Assembly (NCBI GenBank): GCA_977020255.1
Contig: CDROCS010006370.1
Location: 1-64,000 of the forward strand
Direction: 5' to 3'
DNA length: 64,000 bases
Source: Obrimoposthia wandeli
Lineage: Eukaryota
Below, in pieces: positions 30,336 to 44,165 of this stretch. The position numbers and the translations under genes are program-made. The notes below the pieces were generated by a model. It was not told where the DNA came from. It saw only the letters and a program-made list of their open reading frames with translations, and did no database searches. The first letter of the stretch is position 1, and the number at the start of each line of letters is the position of its first letter.

Positions 30336-33300
30336 CTACAACTGCGAATTTAAGTCGTCAGAGAGGACTGGAAGAAGCAGCAAGGGAATTAGCATCAATG
30401 TCAGCAATAAGATGGAGGCTCCTGTTCTCCCTGCTGCCTTGTGGTGGTGATAACGGCGTCGGCGTCGGCGTCTGCGGTTGTAATGTCCGCCATTGGGGGT
30501 CATTGAGTGGTGCGGCTTGTAGTACTGGGTAGCCCACATCTTCACACCACCCTTCATTTGGTGCAGCTCCGCACTGATTTGTCTCAGCTGCTTGCTGTAC
30601 TGTGTCAACCGTCCGCGCATCTGCTTGTTTACCGCCATTACCGGGCCAGTTGTCTACACAATCGACTACCAGCGTTATTTAGCTCTAACAAAGTCAATGT
30701 TATGGACATTTCATCTTAGAAAAAAAATTACTTTATAAAAAATTTTATATTACATAATGCTACATTGAAGTTCTGAGTCAATGACTTGTAAAGCGAAGCA
30801 TAATAGAAAATAAATATGATAATAATAATAGTAAAAAGTCATTAAAAGCTAGATTTTAAATTAATTTTTAAAAGATAAAAATCAATGAGATACCTAAGAA
30901 GAATATATTCACACTTGAAATATTGAAAAGAACGTTGGATACAATATATTTAAATCAGATCTAGATGTTTTTAATAAGTTGAAGTATTTTCAATATGTCC
31001 TATTGTCGGTAAAGAACATGAAGAGGACATGTTGATTCAGCAACGGAAGACATGTGATAACTTTATTTAAATGTATTGGTGAAATTAATGATAATTGGTA
31101 AAATTAATAATTAAATTAATGGCAATAAAAACTTGACCAATTTGAATTTGTGAAAATATATTAATATACTGCTATATGTGAGAAACTCTGGGTTTCGTAC
31201 TGATTTTTGTTAAATCTATCTTTTAAAATAAATGCAGTGTTCATTTTTGTCATTTGGTTTTGACAAAATTTACAAATAAACAAACTGTATCAGGTCTTAA
31301 GGTTAATGCAAAAGTGAATTAATTTTAACATAAATTAAAAGTCATGTAAATTTCAGCCTCAGATTGAATTATATTGAAAAACTAAAAAATATATATCCAA
31401 AAAGCTTTATTTTAATAAATAAAGTATATTATAAACAAGATTTAATTAATTAGTACAAAACATCATCCCATGGGGCCTCAGGTGCACAATATGACCAAAC
31501 AATAGGCCGAATCAAATTTTGCAAACAAAGCACTTTAACTTGATTGCGTAGTGGACATATGTAACAATTGGTAAACATTTGATTATATAATAAAATATAA
31601 TAAATTGAATTTTTCATAGATGAATAAATTGTAATAATCATGTTTAAAAATATTTGTAGTTTTAGAATAGCTGCCACTCATTCAACTATGCAAAAAATGT
31701 TTAAGTACATATATCAATATATTATCTTAATTATTCTATACAAACTCATAAACAATAGTTAGATAGACCTAATAAGAAAGTAGTTATATAGATAATAGTA
31801 ACACCCGACACTTAAAGCCTCCATTCTTTTCAAACTAGGGTTAATATAACTCCACCGGCTTTGTTTAAATGATTTTTGCGAATGATTTAATTGAGCTGGA
31901 ATATTAAACAACAAAGAATTTTGAAAATCAAATCTTGAGATAATAACCGCATGCATTAGCATTGTAGTTATCTCAGTAGTAAGGTATTTTCTTATAAGAT
32001 AAATATTTTTGATATTTTTATACGAAAACAAAACTCAAAAATGTCAGTATTCATACATATTGTACTGAACAGTCCAACAAAAGTCCTGATCGAATTTTAA
32101 CCGTTATCTTATATCATGGGTTTCCCAGACCCATACTAAAATTTAATCATTTGTTTAAAAAAAGTACAACTTCGATCGTTATAAAATAATATTGACTTTG
32201 TTCGTCAGATTATTTCCTATATAAAACCAAAATTACGACAATGTATAACCTTGCGTCAACATGATAGGGGAACTTAGTGTGTTAACTGTGACATGGGTAC
32301 TCTCAGACCCACACTAAAGTCATTACAAATGTTGTCCGAAAAAGTGATTTATTTATCTGAATCTGTGGTTTAGAATTTTAATTTATAAAAATCGATTTTA
32401 TATCAGTAACTATTTTGAGGTACTCTATGATTTAGTTACATAATATTAACGTAAAGTAGAAGTTTAAATAATTACATTCATTCATTGTTAGAAATGAATA
32501 GGCAATGGCGACAAGCGTTTCTAGAAGCTATTGCAATATTTGAAGAACTCCCGAATACCCTGCAACTATTGAATACATATTTCCCAAAAATGATGATGAA
32601 GGAGATAATCTACGTGAAGCATAGCGTATAAATGATGATTCTGAAAGTAATAATAGCAACGATTGCGACGAAGAATAGCAAAAAAATCCGTTAGTATTGA
32701 TGACGGATAGTGAGGACGATTCGAGCAGTAGTGACGATGATGATGAAGTAGAAAGTGTCAGACGGGATCTCATTTCTCCCTCTGGAATTTGAGGGTTCAG
32801 AACAAGCCGGAATACAGCAATGTCAAGGACGGTAGTCACCTATGAACGTGCTACATGCTACTCCACGAATTAACAGTGGAGTTAACCCAGCGTCTCCTTT
32901 GGAGTGTTTCCTAATGTTTACTTAAGAGGCCCTCGAAGAAACACTGTGGTTTACCAATGTTCAAGGTAGACGTATAATAACTAAGTTAAATCAGAAAGTC
33001 TCAATCAACAATCGTAAAGTTATATGCATTTATATGTCTACACATAATTTCTGGAGCATATACAGCCCAGTTCCGTTCTCTGGATAGCTTGTGATCCAGT
33101 GGAGACGGTCAGCCAGTTTTTAGATCTCAAATGAGCTTCCAGAGATTTTACCAACTATGAACTGCCATCCGGATTGATGATCTTAGAAGAAGAAACCGAG
33201 ATGATCCCTTGGCCTCAATCCGCAGTGTGTTTGAATTGATCCGTTCAAAGCATGGGCAATTTAAGACACCTACTGAAAATCTAACAATTGATGAGCAACT

Positions 33301-36300
33301 TGTAGAATTTCACGACTGCGTTCAATTTCAAAAATATACTCCCAGCAAACCGGGTAAGTTCGGAATAAAGTGTTTCTGGTTGTGCGAAGCCTAGTCTGGA
33401 TTCTGTCTCAATGGTTTAGTTTACATTGGCCAACATTCTGTAAGATATGTAATTCTCCAACCATGTGCCTCAGTACCTGAAGGTGTGGTCACACAGTTGA
33501 TTACCCCTTATTTGGATAAAGGCTACAATTTAGTGGCTGACAATTGGTTTTCTTCTTTAGCTTTGATTGATAAGCTGAGAGCTCACCAGACAATGTGCCT
33601 GGGGACAATGCTGCGGCGAAATCATTGGCTGGTCGTGTAGAAGGTGATACTAAGTTCTACTACGAACCCAATGGCACTGTACTGGTGTCATTCTGGGACA
33701 AGAAAAAGAAACTTGTGTTAGTGGTTGACAGCTTTGTCAGAGTTAGGGAAGAATATCCCGTCTCTAACAAAGCTATATCCATTATGCATTACAACAAAAC
33801 CAAGTCGGGAGTATATGCTATGGATAAAATGGTGCGTCATTACACCACAAAGAGGAAATGTAGACGTTGGCCTGTATCTTTATTCTTCAATCTCCTAGAT
33901 GTCACATTGGTAAACTCTTTCATGTTGATAGCTCAACTTCTCAACATTGATGCACAGCAGAGGAAGACTTATCATTCAAAATACATGCTGGACGTTGGAT
34001 ACAGTTTAGTGAAGAATTTGGCAGAGCACAAAGCAACAACGTATATAAAGGCCCCCAAAAAGGACAAACTGGCCTAGCAATTGTGTGACTATGGTCCGAA
34101 ACAACAGCCAAGGGAAAGATGAACAAGACTGTATTGCAACAAAACGTCGATGTGCTTCATGCTACCGTGCAAATCGAAAGGGTAGAAAAACGTCCCACAA
34201 CTGCAACACCTGCAATAGTCCCATATGCATGCAGCATGCAACATTTGTTTGCGAAGATTGTCAATAAATCGAACTGTGAAAATTGTTCGTCTTTTAGTCT
34301 TTTGAAGTATTTGATCATGTATATAAAATATTTTTGTGTTTTTTGAGAAATACCTATTTATTAGTTATTTTCCAATATATACACTTTGTATAATAAAATA
34401 TTTTCAATTTAACCTAAAATTAAACAGGTTATAGTTGATTTTATTATGTTATAATCCATGGGTCTGAGAGTACCCATAACACAGTTAACGCCATGACTTT
34501 TATGTCATAGAAAAATGGTTAACTAAATTAGAGTTTTCAGCTTTTAAATTTTAAAGAGAAAAACTGTGTTCCACATAACCTCTTAAATTCTTTTTAATTT
34601 ACGTATTCCAAGGCTAGATGTCAAATGTTATAAAATACGCGTTTACATACCGGGTTAAAAGGAACGCATTCCACCATAAATATGGGTTCTTTTCTTTAAT
34701 ACAAATAATACATGACAATTTAAAATTTTATTTTGTTATTGGAATTTAACATTTTAGAAAGTATCAATAAACTTAATATATGATAGTTTAAATTAAAAAC
34801 ATAAGTAATACCCTTATGAACATGAAAACATTTTAGGAATTTCATATTAAATTATTAATTATATTGCAGCTAGAACAATTTTTAACAAAATTTATTGTTT
34901 ACATATTATATTTATAAAGGAGTAATTCCAAGCGGTATCTTTCAATCTTAAGCATTTAAATTTTTGTGGTAATAAAAATAATTTGACAACGAATTTATGC
35001 TCTTTTTTTCCTAAATATATCTAATGGAAAAGAGAAGAAGTAATAGAAAATGATTAAAAGTATTGTTTTTAGTTTGTATCATTTCAAATTATATGCTTTT
35101 TAGAAGTTATTTAAATATGTGATTTTAAATAAGTCAAATACAATGTTGAATTTGAAGACAAAAATCTATTTTAAAAGTGATAATATTTGTTCAATAAATA
35201 AATGTTACAAAACTTAATTTGAATTTTAAAATAATTCAAAATTAAAAATATTAATAACTGTATAATAATTATTTCAAAACCCGTATATATATAAACATAA
35301 TTGTATTTCCCCCAAAATATTAGGTTTTTCATAACATACAAGTTAATTGATATATTCTTCAATATATTTAGGAATTAGTTTATTTAAAATCATTTATAAC
35401 TTGTATAATTAAAAAAAAATAAATGGAGTAATTTAACGTTTTTTAGAGTTTCTTTTGTTCAAATACATACTTATTTTAAATTGTACGAAAAGGCCTTGAG
35501 GGAGTATAATAATTTGCACCTATTTATCTATATACAAAGTTTCATTCAATTTAATTTACAAAAAAGTAAATATTCACATGCCATCATCAATAAAAAATAA
35601 TGAAACAAAAAATTTAATTAAAATAAATCCTTGATAACTTGTGGCTTTAAAAAAACATTCTTTTTAATATAAATTTACGGACCAAACTCTTTTATACAAA
35701 AATCATTTTTGGAGTTAATTTTACTTTTTTTAACCAAATTTACATACGTTACAATTGATATGCAATTTGATTATAAAAGTTTGATTTTAAATTTACAACA
35801 TTTAGTTAATTATAACACAAACTCACATAACTGTTGTGACCCCTTGCTCCGCGACTTCCAATCATTTTACGAAACTTTCGCTTTGTTCGCTTTACAAGTT
35901 CGATGATTTTTGCCTTCAACATCTTATTGAATTTCCGCAATTCTGACAAGCGTTTTCGAAAGAACTCGACAAACTTATTCCTTGGACTGTCTTTCGACAG
36001 TCTCTTTTCGATTCGTTTGATAGACAAGTCATTGTAGGCCAACACGAAAATGCAGTTTCTGAGAATATGTTCGCTTGTCATCTTCGCAAGAGTCTTCTCC
36101 AACGTGGAGTTCTGGAGCTTACTGTAGTTAAGACTGTTTGTGTTGTTCTTTGAATGCTGCATATTGCTGAAGATCTGCTTCTGCATTGTCTTCTTGAACG
36201 AACGCATATTGTTTAGGGTGTCTCGTAATCGATTCTGGAACCTATCTACATCTTCTGGATTAATATTGTCTTTGCCAGACGGTTTCAAATTGTGGCTTGA

Positions 36301-39300
36301 AATGTCAATTTTATTATTTGTTATTGGCGTCGGTTTGATCTTCTTCTTGGAATTGTCTTTGTCAAATTCCGGAAATACAGGGTCTTTCTTCACCTTCCTC
36401 TCGTTGTCACTTGGCATTCCGTTGTTGCGGGGTAGATTCAAGTTTACTTTAGACGTTTTTGGACTAAAGGTTGGATTTTCTAGAGACTGTTTCTTATTCT
36501 CAATGACTTTCTTCGCTCCCTTCTTTTTGAGTGCCGATAATCCAGATTTGGGTTGCAACTTTCTGGCTTTCATTGCATTTCTGAACCGATCTGCATTCTG
36601 AAAATGAAAAGAGCTTTTTAAGGTATATATATAAATCTGACACTCAAAACATTTTATATTATAAGTTGTTATATAAAGTACACGGTGTATCATAAATCAT
36701 CGATGAACTTTCATTTTATAAAAATACAATATCATAATACACGATTTTTATGGGTTTATTACAACTCAAAGCCACAAAATAGTATCGATTCCTGATGAAA
36801 TCCATTCATTTTTGTCTTATTATTTAAGCGTAATGGCTATTAAAACAACGCTCCAACGAAGAATATTATGAAAGAACATGTTTCATCAGATAAATAGTAT
36901 TAGTGATGCTTGTATTAATTATCAAAAAAAATTGGAATGTCTATTAGATGGAACTCCATCAATGATAATGTCAAGAAGTTTGAGGAAATTGTATTTGTTA
37001 TTGATATGTCGTGCAAAATGATGGGACTCTTCAACATTATACACGAATTGTACGAGATCCTATTGATGAATAATTTTCCAAGCACGGATTTGTCATCGAT
37101 ACCCTGCTGAATAGCCACCTCGTAGGCCAGACTTGTCACTGTTGAACTTTTGAATGTGAGGAATTTTAAAGAAACTGGTTTAGAGGCCCAGAATTGAAAT
37201 CAAATACTATATGAAAAGGCTGATAATTGTGGCTGAAAAAATCGATGAACAATTCTGCCAAAACATTTGTGTATCTCTAAGTGTAAGAACTAAGCAGTGT
37301 ACACAGGCCAATGGAGGTAATTGGGAAAATAAGATACATTAACATCTGTTATCATTGTTGTATTTATATTTCCTAATGTTTACATAAAATAATTATTACT
37401 TAGGTATTAATAAAAATTTATTTTGTGGAAGTTAATTAATTGGTTTATATGTTCAACAGTGACTTATGATAGACCCTGTTTGTATAAAATTTACTCGGTT
37501 GATTATTTATATTACTTCAGAAAGATGAATTGATTTTACTAAACACATAGGAGTCCAGAGATTTTTATGTTATTAAAGGAGTTAAATTAGAGAAAAAGTA
37601 TTAATTCTAAAATATATTAAAAAATTAGTAAAATAAGAATGAAATTACAGATAAAATATTAAAGAAATTGCTCGAAAATTTCATTTAACCAGACTAACAA
37701 TTATATACTGTTACTATTCAGTCAAAAATTATTTAAAAATCACAATAAAACAGAATATTATCCAATTAAATTCGTAGCTTGACTGATTATATAAGCAATT
37801 AGGAGTTATTATTTTACCAAAGAACTTCTCTATAGGCCTTAATCTGGACTTCTGGCTAGCCTATCAAATCGGCGATATCATCTAAAACCACTGCTTTGTC
37901 AGTCAAGATATACGCTATCTTGCTAAATTCAATCTTCAACAACAATATGATAACCAAAATGAATTAATATTTTTGACAATATATCTAGCTTACAAAATAC
38001 TAATTCTGAAATATCGGCATATACGTCAATTAGCCAAGTAATTATATTCTTTTATATTTAATAAATATGTTTTGACTGAAGTAAGTATGAAATATAGAAA
38101 AGAAAGTTATTTTTATTTTATTTATACTTTAAGGAAATAAATTTAAATATTCAAATCTTCATAATTTTTCGAAATAATGCTTGGGGAGATGAAGCACAAC
38201 CACTCGCAATCGTTTATATACATTTTAAGAGGCAACATACAAGAAACCGGTATTGAAGTCAATTTACACCGATTGTTCAAAAAATCTGAAATAAACTAGA
38301 CAAAGTTGATTATAGTCGATGAAAGATCATTTTTATAAAAGATATGTTGACCCGAGAAAAAGCAACAAAACGAGGATCAGAACAGGTCAACTTTTGAAAA
38401 AAAATTGCAAGACGTACACAGTTTGATTAAAAGTTCTATTATATAGTAGCAATAACTTTAGATAATAAAGTTTATTTCGAGCTATTTCCAAAGGGAAATA
38501 AAATCAAAGTCGCAGGTTGATGTTTGAAAAATCTTCATGAATAAACAGTTTATCTTAAGTCTTAATCTGTTTGTTAAAAATGACACTGATGCACCTAATG
38601 TGTAAAAAAGTAATGTTTTTGTGAAATTGCAGTGTAAATTTTAGGAACCAGTCCCCATATAGCCCAGTTTTTAATTTGTGTGATCGGTGGTTATTTAATT
38701 TTTAGAATCTAAGCATGTCACAGAAATTTTATTACTTACAATATTTCCTTTATAACAACTGCAAAGCAATTTAAAGCGATCGATTTTTGAAGAATGTGAA
38801 CAAATGTTTTGAGGATTAAGATACAAGATAGGTGCATCTGGTAATTGTTTGTCATAACTGGAAGTTTTACTATATTCAAATAATTTTTCGATATTTTATG
38901 ATCTTTTTCTCCCAAGTTTTAACTGCTCCCAGTTTATATATTAAATGAAAATGTTACACATTTTAACTTTAGGCGTACTATATGACGTATGTGTTACACA
39001 CTGTCGGATAATTTAACAAAGATTCATATCAACAAATCGACCTTGGCAGCAATTGTGTCGCAGTAGAAAGGGGCTTCATCGAATGAATTGACGAAGTACT
39101 TGCACTGACCCTGACTGCAATATTTTTCGCCAGCCTGAACACATTTACAATCGTGGCAACCGTCATTGAATCTGCATGTAATGACTTAATTGATATTTAC
39201 GGTCTTCCTACTGTCTGGCATAAATTATATTATCCCAATTTATCAAAGGGTTATTATCTAAATTTTTGATAATATAATTATTTGACTCGTATTATTTTTA

Positions 39301-42300
39301 TGTATGCGAGAGAGATGCTTTTTCGTATTTAATGCTTTCAATCAATATGTTAAAATAAATATTTGTTAAAATCAGTTACTGACAATTATAAGTGCATAAT
39401 CCTCATTCAGAAATTCGTGCTTGAATTATCGGGAAAGATTGCGAGCAGAATTAAACAGACAATTTCTAGTTTTAAGAGTCAATCCTATGAAAAAAGTTAA
39501 AAAATGTATGTTTTTAATAGTATAGACAAACATGCAGATTTTTGGCTTTGTTCTTTTAATCAAATCACAGGTGTAAAGGTGATAATATTTTAATATTAAC
39601 ATAAAAAAATCAGTTGAATAATAAAATTTGATAAATACATTTAATCAGAAAATAATATGATAAAGTTCTATCAATTTTGTCAAAATTGACGTCACTAATA
39701 TCTTCTATAAGTGGCCAAACAAAGTTCTTTGTTTCTTTCTGTTACTTTTTCAAATGAGCAGCACTTGATACAGACATTGGTTTCTCGGTTGTGATACGCA
39801 TACATGTACTTACTGTGAGTTTCTTTCGGCTTCATTTATGTTTTGTTATGGTTAGGATTTGTTTTAAAAATTAAATTAAACTCAGAAAGCTCAACAAATG
39901 CTACCGAATCATTGTTCGTTTTTTTAAAAATTAAAATATGACTGAAGCATTATGTGTTGCATAAAATACCAAAACTATTTAAGCAATACATTTACTTATG
40001 TTAAACCTTTTTTTAATATAAAGTGATAAATAAAGAATAAAAAATAAAAACAGTTGAGTAAAAGCTAAAAGGTAAAAAAGTAACAACTGTTCCAATTCAC
40101 CCAAGTTGACAGTATATGCTGAAGTTGAATGACAAGTTACTCTTCTTGCTAGCCTTGTTAAAATAATGAATATAAATGATTTTTAGGCAAACAATTCATG
40201 ATAATAAAAAAGTCAGGTAATAAAGGGAAATAAGCTTTTTGGTCAAAATAAAGTTATCTTTCAAAAACAATTGTTTTCCTACACATTTTTCTGTAATTTT
40301 TTTCTAATGAAAAATGTTATATTTATGAACAAACAATAATTATAACTGAATTTTAGAGATTTATAACTTACATGGTGATTTAACAAAAAAGAAAATCACA
40401 GATTTGTAAGATATTTTTAAAGTTATTTCAGCAGTTTGGTTTTAAAAGTTTTCATTCCCATATTTATGATTTTAAAATAATTTTTCATATTTTATTGTTT
40501 ATTCAACTTAAAATTCTAATCAATGTGACCCAATTTTTAAAATTGAAATGATTGATTATTTATTTCCTTTTAATAAATGTTTACAAATATATATTTCAAC
40601 CTCAATAAGTTTTGAGGATTTCACATCTTTCCAACTTTGCTTAACGTCAAAGTGGCTTTATAAAGTAGGTTTACTTTTGTTAAAAGAATTGTTTTTAAAT
40701 ACATAGATTTATAAAAATCCTAGCAGTATTTTTATATTTAAATTTAAAAAATGAAATTTTTATATCTCTGAAACTGTTTTTTGGTAAATAAAACTTTAAC
40801 ATTCTTTCTGATAGCTGTTTTGAGAATAATTTGAAAATATGAAGAAGGATTGAGATTTCTACTTTGATAACTTCCTTAAAAAAGGTCGGATATTTCGAAT
40901 CAATAATTAATTTATCATTACTATAATTTACAACAAATCTAGACTTAATTTAAGTTCTTTATGTATTTAATTTTTCGAAGCAATAAGTAAAAGTACTTGT
41001 AGAGATTATCGAAACGGCCCACTATTTTTGGTTGAAGTCCATCGAAGAGGAGGTGACAAACCATTGGTAACTATTCAAAGAAATCCCACTGACATACACA
41101 ATTAAGGTTCACACAGCTGTCAGAATATGGTTAAATTTTTTAGCTACATAGGAACCAATAATACAACTTACTTTTACAATATTTTATAAATAATGTTTGC
41201 TCGCTAGTGAAAGATGTTTTCATATTTTTTCTCTCTTCTCATTTGACCAGTAAACTGGTCGTAATTGGAATGGAAACCCAAATAATGTCTTTTACAATTA
41301 TATTCTTTGCATACTGCTTTTATTTCTGAACAATTTAAACTTATTGGCTTGTATTCAATAAAAAGTTGTCGTCAGTCCATATACATTTAATTCTCTCCTT
41401 TCCTGGTTCACTTTTCTGAGTATGCTTGAGCTGCCATATTTAAATTACGGATAAAATTATTTTTTTCCCTGTGTTATATAATCGTTTGAAAAAAAAAATT
41501 TAGATGGTTACAGGCCTCATAAATATTGAAATTTATAGATATTTTTATATTTTCAATTTTTTAGAAAATACTGTTTGTATAATTTGGATAAATCCAAATA
41601 CACGGAGAAAAATCTAATTAAGGATCGCCGTTACATTCAGATATGTAAGGCATATTAAAAAGTGTTACAAACAGTGATTAATTATATTTTACTCTTCTTA
41701 ACATGAGCTATACCAATTCCGCTATACAACTTTTGCATTTTTAAGAAACAAGAAAAGGGATTAAAAAGTTAATTTTATTCTACTTTTAAAAATATATATA
41801 TTTTTACTTAGAAACGTATAAAGTTTATGAAAACGTTTCGTCGTTTCATATTTTTACATATTTTGTTGTTGGATGTTTCTGAAACGGATAAACAATTTGT
41901 ATTAATTTCTCATGATTGGAATAAAAAATTAGTTCATTCCTGCAAAAGTATTTTCTGGAATTTGTGAAAAGAATGTATAGTTTTTAGCGCTAAAATTAAT
42001 ATTGTAATGTATCCATATGAACAACATATCCGCAGTGTTCTTACTTGAATCCGATAAATTTGTTTGCACAATATTTCTTGTAGTCTTTTACACATTTCAT
42101 CGGTATTTTTGCTGACTCATCACTTTTGCCAACACTTGGAGCCAGTTTATTCACCGCTGGGAAATCTTTGCCGTTGATACTTGGGCTCATTTTGTCTTCA
42201 AGAGCTGCATCAGATTTATCAATATTCTTATTGAACATTTTTTCATCTTCATAACCCTTTTCTGACATCGATTTCGTCATGGGATTCTCCTCTTCTCCTT

Positions 42301-42670
42301 CAAGTCCAATGTTTCCACCTTCCATGGAAGACGAAGGTGATCCTTCTGGAAAGGATTTCTCTGCGGAGCCCACTTTCTGGGCCTGGAAGAGACTTGTGTC
42401 GGTTTTGGGTCCCGTGTCACCGAGACCCAACTTAGACTCCGCCGGCAGCTTCTTATCGTTTCCAGCAGCGTCTTGCTTGTTGCTGCTGGGTGGCTTGCCG
42501 AAGGCTTGTGGCTGGTCAATTTTCTGGTTTCCCTCTGTGAGGCTGATCGGGTCGATGTCTGTGGAGTCAGGGTCATCTGGAAAGGTCTGAGCACCCTCGG
42601 TTGCACAGTGCAACAACATACATATGATTGGCAACACCACTACAAGCATCGCTTGATTGTGTCGGGCCAT
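30336..42670 (-). CDS. spliced gene for a secreted/membrane-anchored protein with a pacifastin/VWC-like Cys module; middle exons unresolved
   Basis: Exon 42670-42045 (signal peptide MARHNQAMLVVVLPIICMLLHCATEG) splices in phase to 39171-39042 (FNDGCHDCKCVQAGEKYCSQGQC). Candidate exon 38390-38352. Exon 36597-35827 splices in phase 0 to terminal exon 30653-30336 (Arg run, then hydrophobic ASILLLTLMLIPLLLLPVL). Joining the two halves into one gene is inferred. Confidence 0.6.
31759..32031 (-). mobile_element. L2/CR1-group LINE RT C-terminal fragment
   Basis: IRKYLTTEITTMLMHAVIISRFDFQNSLL...YINPSL matches the L2-type IR.YLT...T..LVHALV.SRLDYCNSLL...HITP.L motif. Confidence 0.7.
32286..34484 (+). 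mobile_element. piggyBac transposon, 2.2 kb, defective
   Basis: TTAA on both sides; 26-bp TIR CTGTG(AC/TT)ATGGGTACTCTCAGACCCA. Transposase motifs TIDEQLVEF, ADNWF, YNKTKSGVY.MDKM, RRWP...FFNLLD, and a C-terminal Cys-rich domain. Confidence 0.95.
32505..34267 (+). pseudogene. piggyBac transposase, multiple stops and frameshifts
   Basis: ORF fragments 33209-33394, 33595-34077 and 34085-34267 (CASC...CNTCNSPICMQH...CEDC). Confidence 0.92.
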
Positions 42671-43610
42671 GATATCGGGTTCTGTTGGGCGTCGTGCTAA
42701 AATGAGCAATGTGTAGACAGCCCCACTATTTGAAGAGAGCCGCTGACAGTTGCGGGCTGATTCTATAATCTAAATCACCCCAGTAAATGCAGGCATGAAT
42801 TATGAGCCAGTATATTTAGTCATTAGTTGCCGATTTTTCAATCTCTCGTACTCCACCCGAGTGACTGTATTTAGCATTAGTCATTAATTAATTTTTCTAC
42901 AGCATCAAAAGTAGGTAAATCTGCCATCAGCTTCTTAACTCTTTCAAATCAAACACTCACGTAAAGTTGGCTGTTGGTATAAGTTGAGAAAGTGCCCACC
43001 CATAAAAATTATTAATGTCAATATACAGTATCTCTGGGTATTGATTTTTAACATTTGATCTTCCAGTAACTTGACAGTAATCTTGAGTTTTTATTACACT
43101 TGTTCATAAAAGATCTGGAAAACTTAAGAAATGGAATCAATACTATATTTTGCTAAAGATTTTTCATGAAAGGACTTAAACACAGCAGATTAAAGATAAA
43201 TGACTAACTTCATATAATAAAGCACATACAAGGAGATTTTGAAAATTACTCTCCAAAAACGCACAAACCTCATAAAAATCTTGAAGACTTTTACAAATAA
43301 TCAAATATAAAAAAGTTATACGGAAAAACTCCATTATTATTAAACAAATCAGTGAAAGTGATTAAATGTTTCAAATATCCATTTAAAAATTGTGTAGAAT
43401 GTATAAATCTGAAACTGAAGAATTAAATATATACAATTAAAGATAAATATTTATTTGAAGTTTGAGGTATGCGATTCTCAAAGAGTTAATTTATCCAAAA
43501 CGTATTTAAAGACATGATGCAAATCATATCCTTTGAGATTATGAAACACAATGGGAATGCACTTTTTTTGAGAGTAAAGTCAAGGTTACAAAGATTGCAC
43601 GCCAGTAGGT

Positions 43611-43831
43611 GGAAGGATGGAGTCTAAGCCACTTTACCCCCCCCCTAAAGGGTGTCACTCCATAAGGATGTCACACCATAAAAGGTGTCTTGCCACACCA
43701 TAAGGGTATATGTTGCCTCACCTCTGGTGAGGCAACATATACCCTTATGGTGTGGCAAGACACCTTTTATGGTGTGACACCCTTTAGGGGGAGGGGGAGG
43801 GGGGGTCAAGTGGCTTAGACTCCATCCTTCC
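43611..43831. repeat. left terminal self-complementary hairpin (mirror copy at 51192-51404)
   Basis: 43611-43634 GGAAGGATGGAGTCTAAGCCACTT is the reverse complement of 43808-43831. It encloses a perfect 54-bp-arm palindrome 43669-43779 with a TCT loop. Confidence 0.95.
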
Positions 43832-44165
43832 TTGATATACTACTATGGTCGTCCATAGTTTAAAGGGTCAAGTGGCTTAGTCTCCACCCTTCTTTTTGAG
43901 ATATACCACTATGAAAGGGTCAAGTGGCTTAGTCTCCACCCTTCTTTTTGAGATATACCACTATGAAAGGGTCAATTGGCTTAGTCTCCACCCATCTTTT
44001 AGTGATCTAGTCTCCACCCTTCTTTTAGTGATCTAGTCTCCACCCTTCTTTTAGTGATCTAGTCTCCACCCATCTTTTTGTGGTCTAGTCTCCACCCTTA
44101 TTTTTGGCTAACTACTAATTCAAAGGATCAAGTGGCTTAGTCTCCACCCTTCTTTTTGTGATCTA
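43806..44165 (+). repeat. subterminal iterated motif (AAGTGGCTT/CT)AGTCTCCACCCTTCTTTT, ~9 copies in ~52- and ~25-bp units; inverted set at ~50880-51215
   Basis: Read directly from the sequence. Confidence 0.9.

Noticed and set aside
36915-37330. Likely middle exons of the minus-strand secreted-protein gene
   Set aside because: Several frames are open and splice phases could not be reconciled, so exact exons are not reported.
42277-42700. Overlapping ORFs 42277-42606, 42279-42590 and 42473-42700
   Set aside because: Shadow frames of the GC-rich exon at 42045-42670.
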